DNA of 64,000 nucleotides, from assembly GCA_943361925.1 (NCBI GenBank), contig CALRIT020000010.1:13334-77333 (forward strand), written 5' to 3'. Position 1 is the stretch's first letter; each line of letters starts with the position of its first letter. The notes under the pieces are model-generated. The model was not told where the DNA came from. It saw only the letters and a list, made by a program, of their open reading frames with translations, and did no database searches. A program made the translations under genes and the position numbers. Positions 18,878 through 29,041 of the stretch are shown here, piece after piece. Source of the DNA: Vulcanococcus limneticus LL. GTDB taxonomy: Bacteria > Bacteroidota > Bacteroidia > UKL13-3.

Positions 18878-19771
18878 ATGATGAAAAAGATTATTGCTAT
18901 TTTATTAATGGGATCATTTTTTGCTTCATGCGAAGAAACTGCTCCTTATATCAACCTTTCTCCTTCTAATTCTTTTAAAGATACAACATATGTGACTGAA
19001 TTAGTTCCTGCTGCACAGCAATCAATGGTTTTAATTGAAGAGTTCACTGGCGTAAGATGTCCAAATTGCCCAGATGCACAATTAGAAGCAAAGACCATTT
19101 CAGCAAATAACCCTGGAAGAATTAACATTCTAACGATTCACCCACAGGGATTATTAAATTCGTTAACAACACCATTTAGTATCGACATTGGAGATAAACA
19201 TACAAGTAAATATAATTTTAGAACTATTGCAGGTGCAGAAATTTTTAATATGATTGGAGTTACAAGTGCTTTGCCACGTGGTTCTGTAAATCGCAAATTG
19301 TTTGGAGGCGAAACTGAGAGAGCCATTGATTACCAAAAATGGGCAAATTATGTAAATGGAGAATTAACCAAATCAACTCCTGTTAATATTGAATTGAATT
19401 CGTTTTTCACCAAAAATGATTCCATTGCAGTTGAAATTACTCTTACTTACACAGAAGCAATTAGCGATTCAAATTACTTAACAATTGCAGTACTTGAAAA
19501 TGGTATGATTGATGTACAAGAGAAGAAAGTTGGCCCAACAGTAATTTACGATGAAGAATATGAACATGAGCATGTATTAAGAGCTGTTGTTTCTGATTTT
19601 TATGGTGATTTACTAAAAGCTAAACTTGAAAGAGGTAGGGTATTTAAAAAATTATACCTTTACAAAAGAGATCCAGAATGGGTAAAGGACAATTTGAAAG
19701 TTTTGGCAATTGTTAACTCAAACACTACTATTAAAAATGTCATCCATTCAAAAGAAGCAGATATCAAATAA
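18878..19771 (+). CDS. Lipoprotein with a thioredoxin-like CxxC motif (Omp28-related type; tentative)
   Basis: 297 aa. MMKKIIAILLMGSFFASC has a lipobox. The motif EEFTGVRCPNCP is present. The stop abuts the next ATG (TAAATG at 19769-19774). Confidence 0.5.
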   Translation: MMKKIIAILLMGSFFASCEETAPYINLSPSNSFKDTTYVTELVPAAQQSMVLIEEFTGVRCPNCPDAQLEAKTISANNPGRINILTIHPQGLLNSLTTPFSIDIGDKHTSKYNFRTIAGAEIFNMIGVTSALPRGSVNRKLFGGETERAIDYQKWANYVNGELTKSTPVNIELNSFFTKNDSIAVEITLTYTEAISDSNYLTIAVLENGMIDVQEKKVGPTVIYDEEYEHEHVLRAVVSDFYGDLLKAKLERGRVFKKLYLYKRDPEWVKDNLKVLAIVNSNTTIKNVIHSKEADIK

Positions 19772-20386
19772 ATGAAATCACTTCTTTTACTTATCGGAAC
19801 AATTCTAATACTGTCCTCATGCGGGCCAAAAGTTGATGAAACTTACCGCAGACAAATTGCTGCCGATAGAATGAAGGAAAATGATGAGTTTCTAAACCCG
19901 GTTACTTCGCCTTTAGATAGCACAGAATTGCTTTCTTTTAAAGGATTGAGGTATTTCCCTGTTGATGAAGCTTATAAGGTAATGGCAAAGATTGAACGCT
20001 TTAACAACCAAGATACTTTTGCGCTTCCTCATTCTCATGAAAGAACTAAAACTTACAGAAAATTTGGTAAGATAAGTTTCAGTTTAAAAGACAAAAACCA
20101 TGAATTGATTTTATTGGAATCAGCAAACAAAAAACCGGGTTATGAAAATTATATCCTGCTTTGTTTTAAAGATGAAACATCAGGCAAAACAACTTATGGT
20201 GCCGGTAGATACATCGATTTAATCATTCCTGAAAAAGATGAAATTGAAGTGGATTTCAACAAAGCATACAATCCTTACTGCGCATACAGCGAACGATTTA
20301 CTTGTCCGATTCCACCAAAAGAAAATACTTTAAACATCGCTGTGGAAGCAGGTGTAAAGTATGAGAACGGTGAAATAGAACATTAA
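19772..20386 (+). CDS. DUF1684-family lipoprotein
   Basis: 204 aa. LILSSC lipobox. GAGRYIDL...FNKAYNPYCAYSERFTCPIPPKEN matches the conserved DUF1684 C-terminal block. Confidence 0.7.
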   Translation: MKSLLLLIGTILILSSCGPKVDETYRRQIAADRMKENDEFLNPVTSPLDSTELLSFKGLRYFPVDEAYKVMAKIERFNNQDTFALPHSHERTKTYRKFGKISFSLKDKNHELILLESANKKPGYENYILLCFKDETSGKTTYGAGRYIDLIIPEKDEIEVDFNKAYNPYCAYSERFTCPIPPKENTLNIAVEAGVKYENGEIEH

Positions 20387-20431
20387 AACCTTACTAGCCA
20401 GGGGCTAAAGCCACCTGGCTAGTAAGGTTTT
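20387..20431 (+). terminator. Long-stem terminator
   Basis: 16-bp perfect stem aaccttactagccagg / cctggctagtaaggtt with an 11-nt loop, followed by tt. Confidence 0.75.
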
Positions 20432-20451
20432 ACAAATTGAAAATTCATACG

Positions 20452-22668
20452 ATGAAAAAATATATACTTAGTTACTGCATTATACTTTTAACAATTTCCG
20501 GCTTTGCTCAGGAGGCACATCTTTCTGCAAATCTTCGTCAGTACTTGTTAAAAAATGAAAACGCTGCTTCAAATATTGTTTTGAACAAACACAATGGACA
20601 GGTTTTTATGGGTGCTATCATTGAAATCAATGCTGATTTTGATGAAAGTCTATTTTCAAAATATGGTGTTTCTGTTGGTACTAAAATTGGCAATTATAGA
20701 ACTGTTCAAATTCCGGTTTCTCAAATCAGAAATTTTGTTCAACTAAAAAACATCAAAGCCATTCAGCTCGATGAACCTGTTGGTTTTAATATGGATGCTG
20801 CAAGAAGAGTAACAAGGGTTGATTCAATTCATAATGGCATAAACTTACCTGCTATTTATTCAGGTAAAAATGTAGTTGTAGGAATTATTGATGCAGGTTT
20901 CGATTATACCCATCCAACTTTTTATGATACAACCGGAACACGTTTACGTATCAAAAAAATATGGGAGCAAAAAAATGATGGAACTCCACCAAAAGGCTAC
21001 ACTTATGGAAATGAAATTACTGATACTTCTGACATGATAAAAGAAGGTTCAGAAATTAATAGTTTTTCGCATGGAACACATGTAGGTGGAATCGCCGGAG
21101 GTAGCGGATATATTGGACCTAACAACAAAAAATACAGAGGCATTGCTTATGAAAGCGAATTGGTTTTTGTAGGTATTCGTCCTGAAAAATCAGAATGGAA
21201 AGGCATGGGAATGTCGAGCATTTTAGATGGTATCAATTATATTTTCAATTATGGAAAAGAACAAAACAAACCTGCTGTAGTAAACTTAAGCTGGGGCTGT
21301 TCAATTGGTCCAAATGACGGTTCTTCTTTGTTTAGTAAAGCTTGTGATTTATTAACAGGTGAAGGCAGAATTTTTGTACTTTCTGCAGGTAACAATGGTG
21401 AAGAAAACTTACATCTTCAAAAAGATTTTTCGGCTGTTGATACTGTTGTAAATTCCTTCATCGACTTCCCAACCATCAATGGTGAAAAGCGCACCTGGCT
21501 TGATATTTGGGGCGATTCTACAAAACAGTTTTGTTTAGAACTTAGTCTAATGAAAGACACTTTGGTTTCTTCTAAAACTGAAGTATTCTGTTTAACTCAA
21601 TTAAATCAATCTTCTTATTTAATTGGAAGTAGCGGAGATACTTGCTTCTATACCATAAGCACTACTGCTGCCGATCACAATGGCAGGCCTCATATTTTTG
21701 TTGATTTATTCAGCAAAACAAACGACAAGTTATTAATGAAACTTCTTTCAAGTGAAGGACGAGTAAATGCCTGGCTTGGATTTGTACATGAATATGTTGG
21801 TTATGAAGGAAATTTTGTAAACAATGGTTTTAAATGGGCAGTGAATGGTGATAACAGTTATACTTTAGGAGAAATGGCGTGTACCAAAAATGCTTTAACT
21901 GTTGCTGCATATGCTTCAAAAGTAAGCTGGAGAAACCTTGCAGGAAGTAATATGAGTTATTCAGGTTATACGCAAACGGGAAGAATTGTTCCATTTTCAA
22001 GTCATGGACCAACAGCCGATGGAAGAAACAAACCTGATATAGCAGCTCCGGGAATGACATTGGCATCTGCTGTTAATTCTTATGATGTATCCTATGCACC
22101 AGGTGGTGGTAATTACGATCAAAGTGTAGCTAAATATACATCTCCAACAAATAACAGGGATTATTATTATGCAGAAGCAAGTGGTACTTCTATGTCATCA
22201 CCAATGATGAGTGGAATTGTAGCTTTGTTATTACAAGTAAATCCAAAACTTGATCCGGGAAGATTGAAGCAAATACTGGCAGAAACAGCCATCATCGATA
22301 ATTTCACCACACCTACTCCCGACCCAACACGCTGGGGATTTGGAAAAGTAAATGCTTATGCTGCTATCAAAAAAACCATTCAAGCATTGGGTATCAGTGG
22401 TGAATTACAAGAAGGTGTTTTATTGAATCTTTATCCTAATCCTACCAATGGAAAATTGCATATTGATATTGAATCGAACCAAAGTAAAATTCTTGATATT
22501 GTATTGATGGACTTAAATGGAAAGAAATTGATGGAACAAAACTGGAATACAGATAATGAAAGCAGTTTGATATTAGATTTAGAAGGATTACAAGAAGCAA
22601 TTTATTTGGTTCAAATAAAATCGGATACTGGGATTTTTACGAGAAGAATTGTTTTATCAAATCCGTAG
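20452..22668 (+). CDS. Secreted S8 (subtilisin-family) serine peptidase with a T9SS C-terminal sorting domain
   Basis: Catalytic triad contexts VGIIDAGFD (Asp), HGTHVGGIAGG (His) and SGTSMSSPMMSG (Ser). C-terminal LNLYPNPTNGKLHIDI...IYLVQIKSDTGIFTRRIVLSN is a Por/T9SS CTD. Start set at the ATG at 20452 (MKKYILSYCIILLTISGFAQ). Confidence 0.9.
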   Translation: MKKYILSYCIILLTISGFAQEAHLSANLRQYLLKNENAASNIVLNKHNGQVFMGAIIEINADFDESLFSKYGVSVGTKIGNYRTVQIPVSQIRNFVQLKNIKAIQLDEPVGFNMDAARRVTRVDSIHNGINLPAIYSGKNVVVGIIDAGFDYTHPTFYDTTGTRLRIKKIWEQKNDGTPPKGYTYGNEITDTSDMIKEGSEINSFSHGTHVGGIAGGSGYIGPNNKKYRGIAYESELVFVGIRPEKSEWKGMGMSSILDGINYIFNYGKEQNKPAVVNLSWGCSIGPNDGSSLFSKACDLLTGEGRIFVLSAGNNGEENLHLQKDFSAVDTVVNSFIDFPTINGEKRTWLDIWGDSTKQFCLELSLMKDTLVSSKTEVFCLTQLNQSSYLIGSSGDTCFYTISTTAADHNGRPHIFVDLFSKTNDKLLMKLLSSEGRVNAWLGFVHEYVGYEGNFVNNGFKWAVNGDNSYTLGEMACTKNALTVAAYASKVSWRNLAGSNMSYSGYTQTGRIVPFSSHGPTADGRNKPDIAAPGMTLASAVNSYDVSYAPGGGNYDQSVAKYTSPTNNRDYYYAEASGTSMSSPMMSGIVALLLQVNPKLDPGRLKQILAETAIIDNFTTPTPDPTRWGFGKVNAYAAIKKTIQALGISGELQEGVLLNLYPNPTNGKLHIDIESNQSKILDIVLMDLNGKKLMEQNWNTDNESSLILDLEGLQEAIYLVQIKSDTGIFTRRIVLSNP

Positions 22669-22688
22669 CACCTCGATATATCGCGGTG

Positions 22689-23786
22689 TTATCGTTTTCC
22701 GAAAAATCGCCAACCGAGCCTTAAATCAAATTCAATTGCTTTTTGCAAACTGGAATTTAAATTCAAACCAATTGTAAATTGCTTTTTGATGGTAAAATCA
22801 ACTCCATAACGCTGGTATATTGAACCAATAAAAAAATCCGGTGCTTCTTTAAAGAAATAATATCCCAATTGCTGGGTAAATCGCATGCGGTGAAATACAA
22901 AATCATGTCCAATTGAAACTCCTCCAAATACATCACTGTAATTACCGAATTTATGTACAGGGTGACTATCCATTGCATAGCGGATACTCTTATCAGTAAA
23001 GACTTCCAAACCTGTTGTTAAGGCATGTAAATTACTCAAACGTTTGCCAAAACTTAATCCCATTCCATAAACAGGATATCGTGTTGTTTTTGTATCCGGA
23101 TGCGATTTATTACTGATAAGCCCATAAACTTCACCATAATAATTTTTAAATGTATTCTGGGTTTTCTGAATTTTTGTAGTTCGTTCACCAATAAATCCTT
23201 CATAACCCAATCCAATCTGTGGATAGTTTAAACCAAGGTTTGGATTTTGTGTACTTCCATTTGAAAAATGATTGTATAAAATATTGCCTGTTAAAGCTGA
23301 ATAATCCGAAAATTTATATCGCATTGTTAATCCCAATAAAACACATCCACTGGTGTGCCTGCTATAAGCTCCATTCCTTGGATTATCGTTTAAATTCCAT
23401 GGATTAGAAGCATAATTAAAGCCACCACCTGCACGTATTTTTAATTGAAAATTTGGTTTGTATACCAATACCGGTTCTATGAAATATAAGCCGTTAATAG
23501 TTGAGCCTAGTTCCGGTGCGGCAAATGAATAAATCTGTAAACTAAATCCGGATGTATAATGTGTTTTAGCATAATCAAAAGCGGCCTGATCTTTTCTTGT
23601 TCTGTTAAAATCAATTTGAACACCACTAAAATTACTTCCACCTAAATAATTTAAAACAGGTGTATGTGCCCAAACTTTTCCATAAATACCGGAAATGCCT
23701 AAATGCCATTGAACTCTCTTTTCTTGTGCTTTTGAAAAATTACTCAGCAAGAAAAAAATCACAATGAAATACACTCTTTTGTCCAT
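22689..23786 (-). CDS. Outer-membrane acyloxyacyl hydrolase / lipid A deacylase (PagL-like), tentative
   Basis: 365 aa. Signal peptide ending SKAQ, with barrel-like repeats. ILYNHFSNGSTQNPNLGLN contains the H-x-S-N-G block recalled from PagL-family active sites. Confidence 0.5.
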   Translation of the reverse strand: MDKRVYFIVIFFLLSNFSKAQEKRVQWHLGISGIYGKVWAHTPVLNYLGGSNFSGVQIDFNRTRKDQAAFDYAKTHYTSGFSLQIYSFAAPELGSTINGLYFIEPVLVYKPNFQLKIRAGGGFNYASNPWNLNDNPRNGAYSRHTSGCVLLGLTMRYKFSDYSALTGNILYNHFSNGSTQNPNLGLNYPQIGLGYEGFIGERTTKIQKTQNTFKNYYGEVYGLISNKSHPDTKTTRYPVYGMGLSFGKRLSNLHALTTGLEVFTDKSIRYAMDSHPVHKFGNYSDVFGGVSIGHDFVFHRMRFTQQLGYYFFKEAPDFFIGSIYQRYGVDFTIKKQFTIGLNLNSSLQKAIEFDLRLGWRFFGKR

Positions 23787-23859
23787 TAAAACGAAGATAA
23801 AGATTCAAGTGATTATTGCTATTATTGATTTAGATTTACAAATATTCTTACAATCTCTT

Positions 23860-24702
23860 ATGAAATTCATTTTCACTTTAACTGTTTTCGTATTTTATTC
23901 TATTCAGATTTCAGCCCAAATAATTGATAGCTTAACTATAGATTCCAAAATCTTAAATAAGCAAATCAAGTGTTTAGTTTATACACCAAAAAACTGTAAT
24001 CAAACAAACAGAAATGTTTTGTACCTATTACATGGAGCTTTTGGAAACCACAAACAATGGATTGAACAGGGCAATTTAAAAGCCATCATTGATTCAATGA
24101 ACGACTTCAAAAATTGTATTGTTTTAATGCCGGATGCTGGCATGACCTATTATATGAATGATGAAGATGGAAAATACCTGTATGAAGATTTTTTTATGAA
24201 GGAATTAATACCCGTTTTTGAGAAAAAATATCAATGTGGTGGAAGCAAAGAAAAAAGAATTATCTCCGGTTTATCCATGGGTGGATTCGGAGCTTTATTG
24301 TATTCTTTTCATCATCCTGAAATGTTTGCAGCTTGTTTTGCGTTTAGCCCGGGAATTCGAACCAACGATGAAATCATCAGCCTAAAAAAAGAAGAATATG
24401 GAATAAGGTATGGCTTTAAATATGCTGATAATCCTGAAAAAAGAATCAATCAACATTGGAATAAAAACAGTTTACTTTATTTATCAGATTCAATGTCGAT
24501 TAGTGATTTAATCAAAACAAAATACTTCATCGATATTGGTGATGATGACTTTTTATACAAAGGAAATATTCAGTTGTATCTCAATTTAAAAAACAGAAAA
24601 ATTCCTTTTGAATTTAGCATCAGAAATGGCGAGCACAATTGGGTTTACTGGCAAGAATCCATCAAAATAGCATTGCCAATAATGATGAAAATTTTGCCTT
24701 AA
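23860..24702 (+). CDS. Secreted alpha/beta-hydrolase esterase (esterase D / putative-esterase family)
   Basis: Start moved to MKFIFTLTVFVFYSIQISAQ. Nucleophile elbow GLSMGGFGAL; LLHGAFGNHKQW. The track ORF start at 23764 overlaps the divergent upstream gene. Confidence 0.7.
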   Translation: MKFIFTLTVFVFYSIQISAQIIDSLTIDSKILNKQIKCLVYTPKNCNQTNRNVLYLLHGAFGNHKQWIEQGNLKAIIDSMNDFKNCIVLMPDAGMTYYMNDEDGKYLYEDFFMKELIPVFEKKYQCGGSKEKRIISGLSMGGFGALLYSFHHPEMFAACFAFSPGIRTNDEIISLKKEEYGIRYGFKYADNPEKRINQHWNKNSLLYLSDSMSISDLIKTKYFIDIGDDDFLYKGNIQLYLNLKNRKIPFEFSIRNGEHNWVYWQESIKIALPIMMKILP

Positions 24703-26048
24703 GATTTCTTTCTGTTCATCAGAAAATAAACAGGAATTCCTGCTAGTACAATTGCCAATCCGGGATAACTGTAATTAGGCTTCCAAATCAATAAACTAAC
24801 ACAAATTGCTGCTGCAAAAAGAATGTAAATTGCAGGTAGAACAGGATAAGCAAAAACTTTATAAGGACGTTCCAAATCAGGTTGTTTCTTTCTTAACACA
24901 AACACGGCCGCTACAGTTAGAATATAAAACAATAAAACAGCAAAAACTACATAATCGAGTAAGTCGCCATAAGAGCCACTTAAAGTTAATAATGAAGCCC
25001 AAATTGCCTGCATAATTAAAGCCGATTGTGGACTCTGATTTTTATTTAAAACAGCAGCTTGTTTAATAAAATATCCATCTTTAGCCATTGCATAATAAAC
25101 TCTGGCTCCACTTAGTGTTAATCCATTAATACAACCAAATGTTGAAACCATAATTAAAAGTGCCATTAAAATTGCACCGGTTTCTCCAAAAATAGTTTGC
25201 ATGAGTAAAGTACCTACCCTATCGCTTTCTGCATGTTGAATTGCATCAAAAGAAAGTGCTTTCAGATAAACTAAATTTGAAGCCAAATACAATAAAGTAA
25301 CACCTGAAGTTCCTAATAATAATGCACGTGGAAGGTTCTTTTCAGGCTTATCTATTTCGGAAGCTGTAAAAGTAATATTATTCCAAGCATCACTCGAAAA
25401 AATAGAGCCAACCAAAGCTGCGGCAAATACACCGGGACCAATTTCTGCAAGACTAAATCCTGAAAAATTGAATGTCCAGATAGTATCATTTGAAGTTGAA
25501 ATCCAGTAAACACCGGCACCAATTACAAAAATGAGTGCGGCAATTTTACTAATGGTAAATACATTCTGAATAAATGCTGCCTTTTTAACTTCTCTGAAAT
25601 TACTTATTGTAAGTAAAACAATCACCAAAATTCCCAAAACCTGAACACTGCTTATTTGAAAACTTCCAATTTGAAGTAAAATATTTTTCTCTGATATCAC
25701 AGGAAATAGAACACCTGTAAAACGAGCAAAAGCTACTGCAACCGCTGCGATGGTTCCTGTTTGAATAACTGAGAATAATGTCCAGCCGTACAAAAAACCA
25801 AACATCTTTCCATAAGCTTCTTTCAGGTAAATATACTGACCTCCTGCTTTGGGCATTGCTGCTCCTAATTCTGCATAACTTAATGCTGCAAAAATGGTAA
25901 GCACTCCAGTTAAAATCCAAGCTAGCAAAAGATTTTCAGGGCTACCTAAATCTCTGCTCATTCCGGCAGAAACAATAAAAATACCGGAACCAATCATGCT
26001 ACCCATGACAATCATGGTAGAATCGAGCAGGTTAAGTTTCTTTTGCAT
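24699..26048 (-). CDS. APC-superfamily amino acid permease
   Basis: 449 aa with about 12 hydrophobic helices. N-terminal LLDSTMIVMGSMIGSGIF is typical of APC transporters. Confidence 0.85.
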   Translation of the reverse strand: MQKKLNLLDSTMIVMGSMIGSGIFIVSAGMSRDLGSPENLLLAWILTGVLTIFAALSYAELGAAMPKAGGQYIYLKEAYGKMFGFLYGWTLFSVIQTGTIAAVAVAFARFTGVLFPVISEKNILLQIGSFQISSVQVLGILVIVLLTISNFREVKKAAFIQNVFTISKIAALIFVIGAGVYWISTSNDTIWTFNFSGFSLAEIGPGVFAAALVGSIFSSDAWNNITFTASEIDKPEKNLPRALLLGTSGVTLLYLASNLVYLKALSFDAIQHAESDRVGTLLMQTIFGETGAILMALLIMVSTFGCINGLTLSGARVYYAMAKDGYFIKQAAVLNKNQSPQSALIMQAIWASLLTLSGSYGDLLDYVVFAVLLFYILTVAAVFVLRKKQPDLERPYKVFAYPVLPAIYILFAAAICVSLLIWKPNYSYPGLAIVLAGIPVYFLMNRKKS

Positions 26049-26540
26049 TTAAATAATTGTTTGAATAAGTGGAACCCAATTTTCATTAGGTTCAATAAGG
26101 AAACCTCTTACACCAACTGCATTTCCACAATCGATGTCTCTTTGTTTATCACCAATAAAATAAGATTGTAATGGATCGATATCAAACTTCCCAATGGCTT
26201 TTTCAACCATCATTGAACCAGGTTTGCGGCATAAACAATGACTCGTAATTGGGTGATGTGGACAGTAATAAACAGCATCAATTTGAATTCCTTTGGCACT
26301 CAATTCCATATGCATAAAACTATGCATCGATCTCATCGTATCTCTTGTGTATTCTGCTTTTGCAATTCCTCCTTGATTGGTTATAACAATCAATAAATAA
26401 CCTGCATCCTGCAATAATTTTAATCCTTCGAAAATGTGGGGAAGCAATTCAAAATCTTCCAACTTCTTGATATAATCACCAACTTCCTTATTTAAAACAC
26501 CATCTCTGTCAAGAAATACAGCCTTCTTTTTCATAATCAT
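26049..26540 (-). CDS. gmhB: HAD-IIIA phosphatase, D-glycero-D-manno-heptose 1,7-bisphosphate phosphatase-like
   Basis: FLDRDGVLN (DxDGT/V motif I), VITNQGG (motif II), the Zn-site-like CPHHP...CLCRKP, and GDKQRD (motif IV). Confidence 0.75.
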   Translation of the reverse strand: MIMKKKAVFLDRDGVLNKEVGDYIKKLEDFELLPHIFEGLKLLQDAGYLLIVITNQGGIAKAEYTRDTMRSMHSFMHMELSAKGIQIDAVYYCPHHPITSHCLCRKPGSMMVEKAIGKFDIDPLQSYFIGDKQRDIDCGNAVGVRGFLIEPNENWVPLIQTII

Positions 26541-26789
26541 TCTATTTGAGGGATTTCACCTCCAATTAATTTTACAATTAAGTTGCAAATAAGGAATAAT
26601 CTTGAGAAAAACATGGAAATCAAACTTCGAATTATTCAGGATTTCATTTAAATCGGTGTCAATTCCTAAAAAACAGGAATTAATCTCGATTAAGAACAAT
26701 TTAACATGGGCTGTATGTGGCTGATAATCCTGACAAAAGAAATTTTTTCGTTAAAAAGACTTCATTCTTAGCTTATTCGTTTGTCTAAT

Positions 26790-26797
26790 TATTTTTG
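26790..26797 (+). promoter_or_regulatory. -7 promoter box TATTTTTG
   Basis: Exact TAnnTTTG match 11 nt upstream of the TTG that opens the glycosyltransferase ORF. Confidence 0.35.
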
Positions 26798-26808
26798 TTG
26801 AATTATTA

Positions 26809-27555
26809 TTGAAAGCTTTGTCAAAGAAAATAGTCATCATACCAACATACAACGAGCGCGAGAATATTGAAGATATTCTTAGAGCCGTTTTCAGCCTGCA
26901 CCAAAGTTTCGATGTTTTGGTTGTGGATGACAATTCACCTGATGGAACAGCTGAAATTGTTGGAAATCTTCAAAAAGAGTTCCATTTAAACCTGCATATC
27001 CTAAATCGTAAAGAAAAAAACGGCTTGGGTACTGCTTATATCGATGGATTTAAATGGTGCTTAAATCATGGTTATGAGTATATTTTTGAAATGGATGCCG
27101 ATTTCTCTCACAATCCAAATGATTTACCTAAACTTTTTGAGGCTTGTGCAATGGGCGCTGATATGTCGATTGGCTCGCGTTACAAAACAGGAGTAAATGT
27201 TGTTAACTGGCCAATGAGCAGGGTAATGCTGAGTTATTTTGCATCTTCGTATGTAAGAATGATTACAGGATTGGATATTCATGATACCACAGCCGGATTC
27301 GTTTGTTATAGAGCTCATGTTTTAAACCACCTTGATTTAGATAAAATTAAATTCAGAGGTTATGCTTTTCAAATAGAAATGAAATTCACTACTGCAAAAC
27401 ATGGATTTAAAATAGAAGAAGTTCCGATTATCTTCACAGATAGAACCAAAGGTGAATCAAAAATATCTAGAGGTATTATTAAAGAAGCTGTTTGGGGTGT
27501 TCTTAGTATGAAGATTAAAAGCTGGTTTAAATCTTATCCAAAATATTCGGCTTAG
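26809..27555 (+). CDS. GT2 polyprenol/dolichol-phosphate mannosyltransferase-like glycosyltransferase
   Basis: KIVIIPTYNERENI, VVDDNSPDGT and FEMDADFSHNP are hallmark Dpm1-like GT2 blocks. The ORF opens with a TTG and has no nearby in-frame ATG. Confidence 0.8.
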   Translation: MKALSKKIVIIPTYNERENIEDILRAVFSLHQSFDVLVVDDNSPDGTAEIVGNLQKEFHLNLHILNRKEKNGLGTAYIDGFKWCLNHGYEYIFEMDADFSHNPNDLPKLFEACAMGADMSIGSRYKTGVNVVNWPMSRVMLSYFASSYVRMITGLDIHDTTAGFVCYRAHVLNHLDLDKIKFRGYAFQIEMKFTTAKHGFKIEEVPIIFTDRTKGESKISRGIIKEAVWGVLSMKIKSWFKSYPKYSA

Positions 27556-27556
27556 T

Positions 27557-28945
27557 TTATTCCTGAAGAATTGCTGCTCTTAAATGAGGGTAAATCCTTT
27601 TATTAAAATCAATCATCAGGTTGTTATAAGCTTCAATTCCTGCCCTTTCTTTAGTAATCTGATATCCTTTTATACCTTGTAAATTATCCTTAAACAATTC
27701 AGAATCTTTGGCTAAATCTTCAACGATTATCTGAAGTTCAATTCCGGATTGCAGCATACTGCCCCACATTACTCCCAAATCTTTAGTTGAGGTTGAAATG
27801 CTAATCTTATAATCAGCATTGGCTTCATTTTTCACAAATGAACAACCTAAATCTCCCAATCTCTTTTTTAGAGCAGGTTCAATAATTTTTATTTGAAGAG
27901 GTTCACCCAGATTCAATTCATCACTTTTTATAAAAACTTTTATTGGTTGAACATCTATAACAATGCTTGCAGATGGCACATCCAGATTCATTAATAATTG
28001 ACGGGTACTATTAAAAATACTATCAACTTTAATTAACCTATCTAAATCAGCTTTTATCTTATACAATTGAACACCTTGGTTACCTGAAACTTTACTTACT
28101 CCAAACACTGCATTTCCACCTGATTGAGTTTCGGCGCTGGTAGTAGCTTTTGTTCCTGATGCCTCAGCATAAAATTTTAATGGAAAACCATTGATTACTT
28201 TTTCACTAACAGATTTCGAACCGTACTTAACATTTACCTGAATTGGCTCCGGTAATGCTTTAGCGATAATGGCTTTCAGCTTATCAGGACTGGCTTTAAT
28301 TTGAACATGAATAAGTTGGTCTTGAAGCTGGTTAATTATTTCATTGATAAGAAATACCTGTTTACCTTTATAATTCCCTTCAACCGATTCATTTAAAAAT
28401 TGTTGAACTGCAACCAAAGCTCTAACTCTGGCTCTAAATTGACTTACAAACTGAGTACCACTTTCCATGGCATCTGCATATTGTAAAAGTGAAATTGCTT
28501 TTGAAACAGCTTCATCGCGTTTTTTTCGACGTTGTGCTTCAAATTCCGATTTGCTTAATCTGTAATAAATCCAATATTGCTCTTTGTTTTCCCAGCTGCT
28601 TACTACTTCAAAATTCTCAACAGTTTCTGATGCAACTAATTTCACATCACTAAAATATTGCTGACTAAAATTTTGGTTGTTTTGGTATTGAGATAAGATA
28701 GAATTACTTGATACATTCACTTTTATTTCACCAAGTAAATCGTCTAATGCATTTTTCTTTGCGATTTGCTGGTAATCATAAGGTCGTTGTGATTTAGAAA
28801 CAAAACCAATACCAGTATAATAAAAACCATTTACCGGTCTTTGTTCAACCCAGGCAGGACGAACAACTTGTTCAGCCTGAGGTTTTACAGATTTGCATGA
28901 TACCAGTATCAACAAACCAATCAAAATGGTAAATAAATTTTTCAT
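27557..28945 (-). CDS. Lipoprotein, LPP20-like N-terminal region (tentative)
   Basis: Start set at MKNLFTILIGLLILVSC (lipobox). RPAWVEQRPVNGFYYTGIGFVS resembles LPP20-type lipoproteins. The remainder is unassigned. Confidence 0.5.
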   Translation of the reverse strand: MKNLFTILIGLLILVSCKSVKPQAEQVVRPAWVEQRPVNGFYYTGIGFVSKSQRPYDYQQIAKKNALDDLLGEIKVNVSSNSILSQYQNNQNFSQQYFSDVKLVASETVENFEVVSSWENKEQYWIYYRLSKSEFEAQRRKKRDEAVSKAISLLQYADAMESGTQFVSQFRARVRALVAVQQFLNESVEGNYKGKQVFLINEIINQLQDQLIHVQIKASPDKLKAIIAKALPEPIQVNVKYGSKSVSEKVINGFPLKFYAEASGTKATTSAETQSGGNAVFGVSKVSGNQGVQLYKIKADLDRLIKVDSIFNSTRQLLMNLDVPSASIVIDVQPIKVFIKSDELNLGEPLQIKIIEPALKKRLGDLGCSFVKNEANADYKISISTSTKDLGVMWGSMLQSGIELQIIVEDLAKDSELFKDNLQGIKGYQITKERAGIEAYNNLMIDFNKRIYPHLRAAILQE

Positions 28946-28974
28946 CGTATGAATTTTTGTTTCTATTCTATCAA

Positions 28975-29015
28975 GTATAAAAAAAAATTGATGGAAGTTT
29001 CCTCCCATCAATTTT
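28975..29015 (-). terminator. Terminator after the 199-aa lipoprotein gene
   Basis: On the minus strand: attgatgggaggaaacttccatcaat hairpin followed by a T-run of 9. Confidence 0.7.
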
Positions 29016-29041
29016 TTATAAAACCGGAGGCCGGTAAAGAA

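Noticed and set aside
25600-25920. 106-aa minus-strand ORF in an alternative frame inside the permease gene.
   Set aside because: It overlaps the 449-aa APC permease frame, which has a coherent 12-helix topology. The alternative frame is Cys/Ser/Arg-rich with no features.
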